Shown here in pieces: positions 25,026-36,837 of a stretch of 64,000 nucleotides of DNA (position 1 is the first letter of the stretch; every line of letters begins with the position of its first letter). The notes under the pieces are model-generated. The model had not been told where the DNA came from and did no database searches. It saw only the letters and a list, made by a program, of their open reading frames with translations. Origin of the DNA: Cyanophora paradoxa CCMP329 (lineage: Eukaryota; Plantae; Glaucophyta); contig QPMI01000420.1 in the NCBI GenBank assembly GCA_004431415.1, positions 62,001 through 126,000 on the forward strand. The letters are read 5' to 3'. The translations under genes and the position numbers were made by a program.

Positions 25026-26042
25026 TTACGAAGCAGAAATTAATTCACCCGACCATTGACAATTTGCTGTTCCAACAGCTCCCATAATTGTTCCTCCAAC
25101 ATATAACCTTCCTGTGTCACCAGCATACATTGCTACAATGACATTCAAGCATATAGTTCTATGATAGTTCGTTCCTAACGCTGATGTATAACCATCGAGA
25201 TTTTTACCATTAGGAGGCCCATCATTGACTCTAAATGCTACATATGTATCAACATTATTTAGACTTGTTACGCCAGTGAACACGAATCTGTAATGACCTG
25301 ACACAGGAGCTGTGAAGTAACCTGTGGAAACATTTACGTGATTTCCATGGTTTAGAAATGTATGCCCATAGGCTCCAATATAAGCCGCACCAGTTACAGT
25401 TCCAGAAACACCAACACAAAACCGGGGATGATTAGGAAGTGCAAGATAGGAATTAGTCCCATTAATAGTGAGACCTTTCCAGCTATAAGTTCCTGCAACT
25501 GCCCCACCTGTTGCATTAGTGTGTGATGCTGTGAAAGTAGAAGCGATATTCTCATTATTTCGCTTGATCACCAACTCTGTATTTGCCCCAGAATCAATAG
25601 TCGTCGTTTTAACTGTCCCAAATGATCCAGCTGTAAGGCTTCCAGTAACTGTTGCATTCCCGCTCACTGTTGCATTCCCATTCACTCCAAGTCCAGTCCC
25701 GATCCAGGCACCACCACTAATAACTTGAAAAGCCGCGGAATTCCTATTAGCCGGATTGAAAGCCGTTTTGGAATCCTGTTGACCTTCATATAGATTTTCT
25801 TTGGTGACCAGCCCCGAAGAGATTGCGGGTCGATTAGATACGATCAGTTCAGTAGCTTTAACGATTCCACCAGCCTTGTCAGCTCTGAGTTCTTTGACTC
25901 TAAGAATGGAGGTTTCATTGAAAGAATCGGTTTTCGCTGTCTCAGTCGAAGGGAATGACTCGCTTAGATCATATATAGTGTGTTGCACGTTGTGGACAGC
26001 TGAGGCGCTCAGGGAGAAGACAGGCGTGAATACTGTCGACAT
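25026..26042 (-). CDS. Fibre/spike protein with C-terminal C1q-like globular domain
   Basis: PRFCV...FLNHGNHVNVSTGYFTAPVSGHYRF...VIVAMYAGDTGRLYV...WSGELI matches the gC1q pattern. Preceding shaft has VxGNATV repeats. Confidence 0.8.
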   Translation of the reverse strand: MSTVFTPVFSLSASAVHNVQHTIYDLSESFPSTETAKTDSFNETSILRVKELRADKAGGIVKATELIVSNRPAISSGLVTKENLYEGQQDSKTAFNPANRNSAAFQVISGGAWIGTGLGVNGNATVSGNATVTGSLTAGSFGTVKTTTIDSGANTELVIKRNNENIASTFTASHTNATGGAVAGTYSWKGLTINGTNSYLALPNHPRFCVGVSGTVTGAAYIGAYGHTFLNHGNHVNVSTGYFTAPVSGHYRFVFTGVTSLNNVDTYVAFRVNDGPPNGKNLDGYTSALGTNYHRTICLNVIVAMYAGDTGRLYVGGTIMGAVGTANCQWSGELISAS

Positions 26043-26097
26043 CTTTTGATTGTTCTTTATTATTACGTGAGAATATTATTATTATTACGTGAGAATA

Positions 26098-29000
26098 TTA
26101 TGCTACCATCTTCCCTGTTGCTATATAACTCATTTGATAGTGGAAAAGTCCAATGCTTTCATTGAATGCATGTTCTGCCGAAATTGTTGCATGAATAGTA
26201 AATGTTGTTGTTGTGGAACTTGTGACACCATATACCAATACATATGAACCACCATTATATCCTTGTATCAGATTGAGAACCACTTCTGGGGCTTCCGCAA
26301 ATGCTTTCGGGAATGTGACAACCTGTGGAAATCCCAATGACCCGGACCTGTGATTGTCAAAGATTTTGAGAATTTCCCTGTTTGTATATACTGGTCTTTA
26401 TTGACACGCTGTTCTGAAACAAGTTTTGCGATCTTTGTATTATCTGTTTCATCCATTGCATAATATGCTCTTGCGTAAGCATTTCCCCGACATAATAACG
26501 TTTTATCGTATATATTTGTGGAATTGTGGAAGAACCATTGTTCCAAATAAAGTGGCGCATTCGGTTGGTAAATTTGACCGGATCCCACATACATGGTGTT
26601 ATTGGCTGTAATTGTATTTGCTACAAATGGGTCTAAGGTTGGGAAATCCGTGATTTCCGATTTTGTGTGAGTATGGGCGAAGTCTGTTATATTTGCCTTT
26701 GTGTGACTATGTGCGAAATCTGTGATATCTGCTTTAAAATGAGAGTGAGGACCGACAGTCGTAGAAGCTGTTGGCTTCCCGTATATATTATTCCAATGGA
26801 GGAAACCACTGTGTGACGATATAGCGGGGTTTTTGCTCCAACCAACAGTAATCGGACCTGGAAGATAAATTCTTCCTATTTGTCCATGAACACCAACTTT
26901 AACAAGTCCTTCACAATTTATTGCAACAAACTGTTTAAAATCTCTCACAGGATTAATTCCAGGAGCATAGGCATTTACTCGTAAACGAGTATAAGTATTG
27001 TTTGATGGTTCAATTCCAACAACATCAAAGTATCTACTGTTATACTGACACGTATAATAGATATAACATGATTTCATGTCTGTTGGAACAGTCCAATACA
27101 TCTTACAGCTACTACAATCATCATCACCATCAATCCATGTGTTTGCCCAAGTGCTTGTGTCACCTACAAGTGGTTGCCCAACATAATCTCTCCAATCTCC
27201 TGTGCGGTCTGTGGAAATACCACTTGTAGCGTCAAAATCAGTTGGTGAAGTGTATGTTGGTGTATTTATCAGATCATCATAGTTTCCAGTTGTTGCCACA
27301 GTCGCAAATGTCGGGAAGTCTGTAATTTGAGACTTTGTGTGGGTATGGGCAAAATCTGTTATTTCTGACTTTGTGTGAGTGTGTGAAAAATCTGTAATCT
27401 CTGACTTTGTGTGAGTGTGTAGATCAGGTGCGAAGGTTAATGGTCGAACATTGTGAACATTGGGTAATTCAATGCGACTAATTGGAGTGTTTGGATCTAA
27501 TACATATTCAGCACCAAGGTGGACAACAGGAAATGTTTGATCATTCGGAGTAGTAACAAAGAAATTAGAAGCATGCACATCACCTGCAACAGTTCCACCT
27601 GTTAGTGGTAAATAATCATGATCGTGTGAATCAGGTGGATAGGTCGATGGGGATTGATGATATGCTCCCAAAAATGCCTGTGAACATTGGGTAATTCAAG
27701 TCGACTAAATGGAGTGTTTGGATCTAATACATATTCAGCACCAAGGTGGACAACAGGGAATGACTGATCATTCGGAGTGTCCACAAAGAAATTCGGAGCA
27801 TGCACATCACCTGTGAGAGTCCCGCCTGTAAGGGGTAAATAATCCCAAGAGCCGACGTTAATTCGGTATCTGTTACATAATCTTCAAGAATTGCTGCAAG
27901 TTCTGTATCATCTACATAGTTTTTGCTTTCGAGGTAATCATCTGTAACAACACCGGAAAGGGTGGTATTGTGTAAGTTTTTAGCTGCCATTCTCTGATTG
28001 ACTTCTAAGGCGCCACCTGTTGTCGTTTTTATCCATGCAATCTCGCATTTTCCGTGATCATCTGTGGGTTGTCCACAACAGGAAGATAGTTTACAACTTT
28101 CTCCCTTGTGAAAACTATCTTAGGTCTTGCTCCATCATATGCACTTTGATCTGTTACATTTACTTGTATTGCTGCCGAGAAATTCTCTACTTGTCCTGTT
28201 TCACCCGGGTGATAATTCGTAACATAGATACTGGGGAAAGTATCATTTACTCCTACATTGAAATCACCATCATAAACTCCATTTACAATTGGATCCCTGG
28301 GTAATCTTACTGCAAGAGTTCCCACCATCGGTGTGCCTGTTTCACCTGTGAATGTCCCATTGAGATTTACGTAATGATCATTCAAAAACAGCCTTTCAGG
28401 TGTATTAATCGATTGGTAAAGTGTGACGCCATTAAAAACGTTTCCGATTGCATTCAATTGCGCAAAAACTGGCTGCTCATCTATTTCATCCCATGGGTGC
28501 CTGTGGTTACTATTAGTAATCTCTGAGTAATCATGTGTGTGTTTTCCCGGTGGGAAGGTGGATGGGGGATTTGTGATATGCTCCCATAAATGAGTGTGGG
28601 CGAAATCTGTTATTTGATCTTTTGTGTGAGTGTGGGCAAAATCTGTAATATCTGCTTTTGTGTGTTTTTGCTTTGCTAACCAATCTAAAACAACATTCGA
28701 TGTCGGGTGATTTGGTAGGTTTGCTTCAATCTTCACAGTGAGATAATCGACTATTACATTACTTCCATTAATATTACTTGCCCATAGGTTACTGCTGTAA
28801 ATGTTACTGGCATAAATGTTACTGGCATAAATGTTACTTGTAACTGTAAGGTTTGATGAAATTGTAAGATTAGATGAGATAACACCACCTTTGAGAGACA
28901 AGTAATCATGAGTGTGTGGATCAGGTGGGAAGGTTAATGGTCGATTGGTGATATGCTCCCACAAATGCTCGTGAGAACTGGGTGGAAACGTTAAAGGAAC

Positions 29001-29629
29001 ATCTGTGAGTTCTTTGTAGCTCACCTTCTGCTTTGGTATGGTGAGTTCAATTGGTGAGAAATCACCCGAAAGGCGATTTTCAGAGGTGAAATACATGAGA
29101 TTATGGCTGTTAGGTAAATCGCGATCGAGTCTGCAAATCGGGGTGTTGTCGCCTAATATAAATTCGGCGCCTGTATGCACGACCGGATTTCTTTGGATAT
29201 ACATATTGGATGCACCTATTACAGGTGCTACAATGGGCACATCTGAACATACAAGGTTGCAAGTGATGGAGAAAATGGTTTTAGGGGCGAATAGATTGCA
29301 ATCAAAGGTCACAGTAGCTGGATCAATAGTAGGATCGACGTTTGAACAGATCTGAAACATCCACCCACCCACACAGTTGCAATTAAGATTTCGAAAGACT
29401 GTTCCCGCCATTGCATCCACATAGCCAATCCATTTGCTATGTCATATATGTGACCAAACTCGTAACCAAAAATGTCATTCCACAGGTTGGAAGCCATAGC
29501 TCCCATCACATACCCTTTTAGATCTACTATCAGGTCATTGGATTCACTGGGTATATTGGCATGGGTTATATAAAAATTATTATCCAATACCGCATTCTTT
29601 ATTGTCGTTTCTACTATGGGTTCAGTCAT
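26098..29629 (-). CDS. Large tail-fibre-like protein (~1180 aa once five homopolymer frameshifts are corrected) with HxH repeats and an H-type-lectin-like tip
   Basis: ORFs 29309-29629, 28029-29420, 27724-27990, 27602-27805, 26268-27671 and 26098-26337 join on adding one base to short runs (~29430, ~28067, ~27845, ~27652, ~26325). About 9 HTHTKSEITDF-type repeats; HxWEHITNxPxTFPP and YLPLTGGT motifs; C-terminal VTFPKAFAEAPEV...TTTTFTI. Confidence 0.75.
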
Positions 29630-29666
29630 TATACTCTATTATGGAATACTACAAAAATTAAGGTTG

Positions 29667-32600
29667 TTACATAACGTTTGGAACATGTTCATATATTCTT
29701 CCTTCTCGCTGTGCCATTTCCGCCATAAAGTCTCTATCATTGTTCATCGTTTGCTCTGCCAATTCTTGTGCTCGTGATTTTTTGGGTGCTGCCCTACTTG
29801 CTGGTGGTCGGTCAGTCCTCACAACACTTAGACCATGCCCCTCTGCTGATCTCACCTCTAAGCCCACATCTCCTTCGGCTGTTTGGGTCACATTAAGCTC
29901 TGGTGTGGAGTATTTATTACCTGCTCCTGCAATGGTTCTGTCTATGCAAGCACAACATAAAGCTCGGAATTTGTATGCAAGCACAAGCCCAAGAGCACCG
30001 AGAATCGGTAAGAGAATCATAAGCACTAACGTTCCTGGATCAGTTCCCGGTGCTCCGACTGGATTAGTAGGATTTGTGGGATTATTAGGTGTTGTAGGAT
30101 CAGTGGTAGGTGGGGTCTGTGGGTCTGACTCATCAGGAGGCAAGTTAGGATCTGAATCTGGGGGCGGTTCCGTCGACCCTGCTAATGAGGTTGGCGCTGT
30201 GTATGCATTCGCAAACACGATGGGAGCCGTTGCTGGATTTCCTGTTGAAGACCCTGTAATTGCACCATAGGTATCTGAGAGATATTTATATAATTCCTTT
30301 GTCACAGGTGGATTGCTCACAGATCGGCACACCCAAATATTGCATGTAGTATCATAGACTGTGTCCCTGATAAATGGCGGTAGAGCTGTCCCACTAAATG
30401 ACTCAAAGAGCCCATTTCTCGATAGCAACCTATGGGCTGCATCACAGTTCCCACCCTCGAAATATTTGGTAGCCGAAATTGCACCTTGCACATAAATATT
30501 GCAAGTCGAGTGCATTCCAATGTTATTTAGGTTGGGAGTGTATCTGTCATCGAGCCTGACAGTGCACACCCATGGGGAAGCGGTTTTTATATATTTCTTA
30601 TCGCCCACTTCGATTACATCTGTATTTGGGTGGCTGTCAAGCTGAGTCCAAACAGCATCATACCTGAAAGTGTAATAAACTAAAAGCCCATCAGTAGAGG
30701 ATGTGAAAGCAAAGAAGGTCATAAAGTCCGTGGATCCAAAGAAGTCAGCATTGGTCGATGTTAGGGTGACTCTGGGATAGCTCATGTTGACAGTCTCAGA
30801 AGGATATGGAATATATGAGGTGTAATTACGATTGAAAAGATAATAGTGAAATCCATCTGAGACATTCGAGTGAGTGGGCAAGGTGACTGTTAAGGTCTTA
30901 CTGCGATTTTCAAACGTGTTTTGTATGACAATATTGCAAGTATTAATATATCGAGAATCGAAAAAGTAATTATTTGTGACACTGTTATTGATCAGAGTCG
31001 CATTGGTTCCATTAAATACGAAATTCTGCCCATTTATTCTCGTAGTATGGAGGTCGGTCACATCGAGAGGATACCTTATTTTCAAGCGGTCTTCGGGGTC
31101 AAATCGCGGAATAGTTCCTGTTGCCTTCCAATTGATAGTAAAGGGAGGAGAAAGGGACACAGGTGGGATCGCTGAAAGATTAAATTTCGCAAAATACAAC
31201 CCAACAGGATATGCTGTAAGAGCATATGTCACTGTTGCATTTCCGACAAGTGTGAAGCCGGTGGTTGTTATGTTAGTTGCAACAAATGGGGAGTAGCCGG
31301 CTGGTGCATTGTTAATAGAGGTGGTCGACCCATTATTGATCACATACAAATTCGTGTCAGTTATTTCAATAGTAGGAGGGGAAACAAATGGTGTCTCAAA
31401 TGTGAAATTAAAATTCGCTGGAACCGCTGCAAGGTATCTATATGTTGTTGCTGATATCTCGGATGCCTGGAATACTTTGCTTCCCTCTGCACTACATTAC
31501 TGGTGTCTTTCACATTGTGATAGGATATACTGGGAGTTGGGGAGAGCACCAACGAAATAGCATCTGGTAAATCAGACTTCGTTATATACAGTTCTTTGAG
31601 AAACTCCTTTCTAAAAGGGGCGGTCAATTCTCCAATAGTAGCCGATGATCCTGCGACCACAATATTACAGGTGTTTGCACTCAAAGTATAAACTGTGTTC
31701 CACCTTAAAGAATTCGCCCCAAGATCGAAATTCTGTGAGAAGGGCACGATATTGCTACCTTGTAAATCTCGGTAAACCTTCACTCTGGTTTGCTATCGAA
31801 TTCAGGGGTGATATAATTGATGTTAAGAGTGAAACTAATAGTAGCTTCGGAACTCAATGAGTTGTTTCGGATGATAAGTAAATTGTATGTCTCGTTAATG
31901 ACAAACGAAACCTGAAACCCTGTGGAGGTGACATTTTGGATAAATGCTTTATTAGATTCATTATTGTTATAGATAGGATTATAATAAGTTGTGTGATCCA
32001 CCAATGAAACAGTGGGTATATTCGTCTCGAAACCTGTGACACCCAACTGATCCCAAGTGAATGTATATGTAGGTTTGCCTACGTAAGCGACATAGACCCC
32101 ATTTGCGAGCTGCTGAGGGTATCCCTCGACAGTGTAGGTCTCAGTTTGCGAAACCGAGCGGGAAAGGTTACTATTATAGTCGGTGTAGCTGATCAGTGCA
32201 TTATCATTGGTAAGAATCTGATTAGGTCGGAGTGAGTGATTGAAAGGCAAGATTATGTTACTTGTTTTTGAGGTCGTGCTATAAAGGTTAGTCGTGTGCA
32301 AGTCATCAAACCACCCATCATAGGCATACACATTCAGCCATTTCTTAACAGCATCAGTGTTAGATTGCCCGAGATTAAATTGATGATCGAGCAAAGGCAC
32401 CAAATCGCGGGATAAATACATGATCGCATCAGTGATGGTGATTGCACCTGTTAAAACAGCGAGCCCTGCCGTGTTTGCTGCGGTAGCAATTGATAAACCC
32501 GAGATTTCGAGATCCTGGGCTACATCTCGCTCGTTTCTGGTAAATCGTTCGCTATAAAACTCCTTTACAAGGTCGACCCCCATGACATCAATTAAATGCG

Positions 32601-32978
32601 GTCGAGTGAGGGTGATATTGCTTGTGATTCTCTGCGAATATTTAACAGGATCCCATTCGACGACAGCTGTCAGTGGGATGGGCGGGCTTTATTGATTTCG
32701 TGCTGAAAGGTTCGCACTGCGGGGAAATTGCTGCCAAAGAATGCAACAGGTGAGCCCCCATGATATATTACGAGGGCTGAGTTATCAGTGCCATAGGTAA
32801 AAGGGAGATTGCTGGTGATATCAATATATTCAAGGTTACTCTGATTTAATAGAAAGTCTTTTACCACAAGGTTCGAAGATATGGTCACATTGGAAGCGGT
32901 AATGTTACTGCTGAGCTCGAAACCGTCATCCAAATACAAGGTTTCCCGAGTGATAAAGGGGAGATTCGTGATACTCAT
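29667..32978 (-). CDS. Large fibre/adhesin-like protein (~1100 aa after correcting three frameshifts) with a Pro/Thr stalk and C-terminal transmembrane helix
   Basis: ORFs 32670-32978, 31780-32583, 31361-31783 and 29667-31349 join at short C/G runs. FNLGQS..KW.NVY and FDLGANSLRWNTVY fibre motifs; TM segment LVLMILLPILGALGLVLAY followed by RALCCAC. Confidence 0.65.
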
Positions 32979-32996
32979 TTGTAATATAAGATTATT

Positions 32997-33967
32997 TTAA
33001 CCCGATAGCACCTCTAATATAAAGCTGTGATTAACGCCATTAAAGTCGACTACATTATTGTAGGCATCGAGCCATTTAATTGTGAGGGTGTCTATATCAT
33101 AAGCCTGATCGTGGGAATTAAAGAACTCCACAGTATCGATTCTGCGGAATGTCAGGTAGTAAACAAACGATCCCAAGGGGCTGGTTAGTGGGATCTTAGC
33201 GAGGTTTGCATTTCCGCCTCATCTGTCTTTGCTGCTACCATATACCTGTCGTAAAAGGGAGTAAACTCTTTAATTTGTAGGTAAACATAGGGGTCGGATT
33301 TAGATTAATCGCATTTGGGAAGGTCACTACATGTTCGAGAGGGAATGGAAGCACAGATATTCCGGCGGGGTATTTTGTTTTGCCCTCATAGGCTTGTAGA
33401 AATGAGTATTTTGGATTGCTGGGTGTGAGGGTAAATAGTCTACCGTGAGATGCTCTGAACCCTCACCAACTGGAATTGTTTGATACATATCCCCTTTGAT
33501 CATTCCATGGAACCTTGCAAAGTCGTCATGTGCACAGCTCAGTGCGAGGGGAATGCTCGAATAAAACGTAATTTTCATAGTCGCTGGATTATAGAGCCAC
33601 TTGTAGTAGACTGTGACGCTTTCGCTTGTGAGAGGGTTTACATCGACAAAGCTGCCCGAGTAGCCTAAGTTCTTATTACCATATCCCCAAATCGCGGGGG
33701 TGTAGTTCCCAATATCAGGGAAAGGGGAAAAGGTGATGCTGTTCGTCATTCCCTGTATGGTCACGCCTCTGGAATTATCGGTGACAGCATAAATCGTGTT
33801 TGGGAGCTCGGCGCTCGCAATGCGCACCCTTTTACGTTCAGAAGTCGCTGAGAAAGCTTTACTGTATATTCTCCCGGGTGCCCTGCACTGCGCTCAATAG
33901 AATCGATATTAACATTGACCCTCGTAAACTTGCCATTATAGAAATCGTTAACTGGCTTCCGAATCAT
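32997..33967 (-). CDS. Minor capsid (penton-like) protein, paralogue 1 (frameshifted in this assembly)
   Basis: VNIDSIERS...YTVKL...NVKGVRIASAELPNT at the N-terminus. DPYVYLQI...LAKIPL...IDTLTIKWLDAYNNVVDFNGVNHSFILEV at the C-terminus. This is the PLV/NCLDV single-jelly-roll signature. Confidence 0.7.
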
Positions 33968-33994
33968 TTTTATTTCCTATTAATAAAGAATAAA
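33968..33994. promoter_or_regulatory. 27-bp AT-rich bidirectional promoter region
   Basis: TTTTATTTCCTATTAATAAAGAATAAA lies between two divergent ATGs (33967 minus, 33995 plus), with a central palindrome TATTAATA. Confidence 0.6.
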
Positions 33995-35281
33995 ATGCGC
34001 GAGTATCTCAGCATCAGTAGCCGTGATCGATCAGAGGGCTCGGCTCATTCCTATAAGGTGACCCTTCCAAAGCAATACCACAATGTGAAGAGCATCGCTG
34101 TGCGACAGATCGAATTTTCCAACACGATTCCCACGGTTCCAAGCCCTCAATTCTATACTGAGATCGGGGAAACGAAAGCCGATGATGCTAATACGATTTT
34201 CATATCATTTCCTTACCGATTTTCGAGCGGTCAGCTGAATGGTGCCACTCAGGAAATCAGAGATTCACAGGCAACTGCAATATATGACGCTTACAAAGCC
34301 ATAGATGCTGGCGACCAAGGCAACTATATACCGCCTGATTACCTAAACACTTTCAGAAGATATACCCGATACAGAGACGTAGCAATTACGATCCCTCCGG
34401 GCACATACTCGACTGGAACCGACCTTGCCACTGCAATCGATAACATCTTAACGAAAAATGGAACTGGCAACTACATCAAGGATATGATCGACACAAAAAT
34501 TAATCCAAGCTACGCATCGACAGGGGGAACCTTTTACCCGGTGGTGAGATGTCGTTTTGAGAGCACATTAAATGCTATATGCTTTTATTCGAGTGATTAT
34601 GTCTACATAGCTTTCACGAAATATGGACCGAGTAATGCCACTGGGTCTACTGCGAATGAAAGAAAGGTGCTCGCCTATCGCACGATGACTCTTCTCGGGT
34701 TTACATCGATCAGAGAGAATATAGTGATAGATCAATACAACGGATCGGGCTATACAGCCTTTGCTGGGAGTGGTGTCGTTTACTCAGCTGGTGATGCATT
34801 CCGCAATTATAATTCGACGGCTCTGGTCTTAGGCATAGCCGGAGGCACTGCCCCTGATTATACACCGGATAATGCAATAGTTTTAAAGATCACAGAGCCG
34901 GACTGCTCGCTTTTTACGACATGCACCGAGGCTACTAATGGATTCCTCGCTAAGATCCCGATTTCGAAAGGCACAGCCTATGCTGATGCTGAGCTAATTA
35001 ATTATGGGGCGGATGCTTTCACGAAATACTTTAACACCCGCCTTTCGTTTGATAGTTTAACCGTTCAAATTCTGACAGAGAGCGGTTATAGGTATTTCCT
35101 CGGAAGCTGTGAGCACACATTCATTTTGGAAATTACTATGGGAGTGGATGAGCCCGACGACGATTTACAGCGCATTGTTAATAAGGGATTCGCGAAAATG
35201 CTATATGAGGACTACCCGCATTGCGGCAATTTAACGAATGCGTTGAGCGGGGTGGCTGTAAAAAATAATCCGTTCTTCTAA
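33995..35281 (+). CDS. Minor capsid (penton-like) protein, paralogue 2
   Basis: MREYLSISSRDRS...YKVTLPKQYHNVKSIAVRQIEFSNT...FLAKIPI...FDSLTVQILTESG...EHTFILEI. Located directly upstream of the major capsid gene. Confidence 0.75.
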   Translation: MREYLSISSRDRSEGSAHSYKVTLPKQYHNVKSIAVRQIEFSNTIPTVPSPQFYTEIGETKADDANTIFISFPYRFSSGQLNGATQEIRDSQATAIYDAYKAIDAGDQGNYIPPDYLNTFRRYTRYRDVAITIPPGTYSTGTDLATAIDNILTKNGTGNYIKDMIDTKINPSYASTGGTFYPVVRCRFESTLNAICFYSSDYVYIAFTKYGPSNATGSTANERKVLAYRTMTLLGFTSIRENIVIDQYNGSGYTAFAGSGVVYSAGDAFRNYNSTALVLGIAGGTAPDYTPDNAIVLKITEPDCSLFTTCTEATNGFLAKIPISKGTAYADAELINYGADAFTKYFNTRLSFDSLTVQILTESGYRYFLGSCEHTFILEITMGVDEPDDDLQRIVNKGFAKMLYEDYPHCGNLTNALSGVAVKNNPFF

Positions 35282-35314
35282 AATAAATTTCTCAGCGGAA
35301 GATAAAAACGAAAT

Positions 35315-36763
35315 ATGGATCCCACGACCTCGCTTAGCCGCCTCACGCTCAAATCCGTCCTGGAAACCCCGGAGGACTACAAGAGCATGCTTTTGGATCG
35401 CGGATTTATCGTAGGTGTGGACAAACAATTCAAGCCTTCTCGTGTGGAGGTGCTTCCAATTGCGGATCCCGGCAATCTGTTCTCCTCTACTGGTGCTACC
35501 ACTCGTGTGGTCTTCTATCTCCCTCGCTACAATTGGTGCAATGGTATTAGCCTCCAAGTTACCATTCCGTCGGCGAAGGCGCTGACTGCCATCGCCAAGA
35601 CCTCGGCTGACTGCTCGGCTGATCTATTCAATACTGGATTCGTCCGCGGGCTTCCTGGCTCGTTTGTTCAGCGAGTCAGCATTAAATACGGGTCGTATGA
35701 GCAAATTATTCCCGCTGAGCGACTGGTAGATTACGCTTTCCTGGCTAACACTCCGGCTGAATTCGACCAAAAGAAGCGCAAGCATGGGCTGCATCTCGGA
35801 CCGAAGGTGGAGGGCGGCAACCAAGCCGGTGGCATTTTTACCATGCGAATTCCGAGCTTCCTCGATGCTGGCGTGCCCATCGGTGCGCTCCCATCCGAAA
35901 TCGCGGTCGAAGTATATTTCCAAACCCCTGCGCTGCTCGAAACTGCGGCGGTTCCTGGCGTTTACGCTCAGAATAACACGACTGCAATTACTGCTGCCAA
36001 TTCGACCGATGGCGAGACGACGCTTGCTGTTGCGGCTGCTTTCGGAAATATTAAGACCTTAGCTCACCCTAATGCCACTGCGATTTTCGATAGTGCGGCT
36101 CTCACACCTACACCTGCTCTTGCGAATCTGGAAATGACGACCCCTCGTATTATTATGGATGCTGTTAACATCGATGAGGAAACGATGGGCGAAATCATTA
36201 CTCGTGTTAAGACCTCTGGCATCGCCATCCCCTACACTGATATTCAGTTTGCGGATTATACCGGTCTTGCTCTCGGCTCTGGTCTGCGCCTGTCACTATC
36301 TCAAATTTCGGGACTCGTTTACGCACTTGTTGTCAAGGTTCGCGACGAAAACACACTGGGCGATAATAAAGGAGGGCACTCTACTGTCCGCACCCTTGCC
36401 TTCGATGATAATGTCGTGATGCAAGTTCTAAATAACAACAATTACCTATATTCTAACACTGGTGTCCCGCTGCAATCCGCTGCTATGGAGCTCGCCGATA
36501 AATTCAAGATGACCAACTGGATCGATAGCAACAAGCGCCCCATTTACACTGGCTTCTGCTTTGCTCTCGATGGTAAAGCGGCACTCAAAGGTGAGAAGGC
36601 GACTGGCTACGTCGATCTAACTCAATCAGCTTCAAGTTTCCTGCTGCTCACACCCAATGGCACACCCCTCGCCACCTGGACAAAGGTCGGTGTTCAGATC
36701 TCGGCTTACTGCCACAATATTCTTGTGATGAATGCCAATGGATTATCGCGCGTGACGGCATGA
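35315..36763 (+). CDS. Major capsid protein (double jelly-roll, PLV type)
   Basis: 482-aa beta-rich ORF (RVVFYLP, ISLQVTI, GSFVQRVSIKYG, LPSEIAVEVYF) with strong codon bias, positioned between mCP and the packaging ATPase. Assigned by pattern and context. Confidence 0.75.
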   Translation: MDPTTSLSRLTLKSVLETPEDYKSMLLDRGFIVGVDKQFKPSRVEVLPIADPGNLFSSTGATTRVVFYLPRYNWCNGISLQVTIPSAKALTAIAKTSADCSADLFNTGFVRGLPGSFVQRVSIKYGSYEQIIPAERLVDYAFLANTPAEFDQKKRKHGLHLGPKVEGGNQAGGIFTMRIPSFLDAGVPIGALPSEIAVEVYFQTPALLETAAVPGVYAQNNTTAITAANSTDGETTLAVAAAFGNIKTLAHPNATAIFDSAALTPTPALANLEMTTPRIIMDAVNIDEETMGEIITRVKTSGIAIPYTDIQFADYTGLALGSGLRLSLSQISGLVYALVVKVRDENTLGDNKGGHSTVRTLAFDDNVVMQVLNNNNYLYSNTGVPLQSAAMELADKFKMTNWIDSNKRPIYTGFCFALDGKAALKGEKATGYVDLTQSASSFLLLTPNGTPLATWTKVGVQISAYCHNILVMNANGLSRVTA

Positions 36764-36837
36764 GGACTGTCGCGGGCAAAATTTGATGTCATTTTTAATC
36801 CTTTGTCTATTTAAGGACAAGACGATTATAAGATTTA

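Noticed and set aside
26098-33967. Programmed frameshifting or pseudogenisation of fibre genes
   Set aside because: Breaks are short-homopolymer losses without slippery heptamers or nonsense codons, so assembly error is the simpler explanation (not proven).
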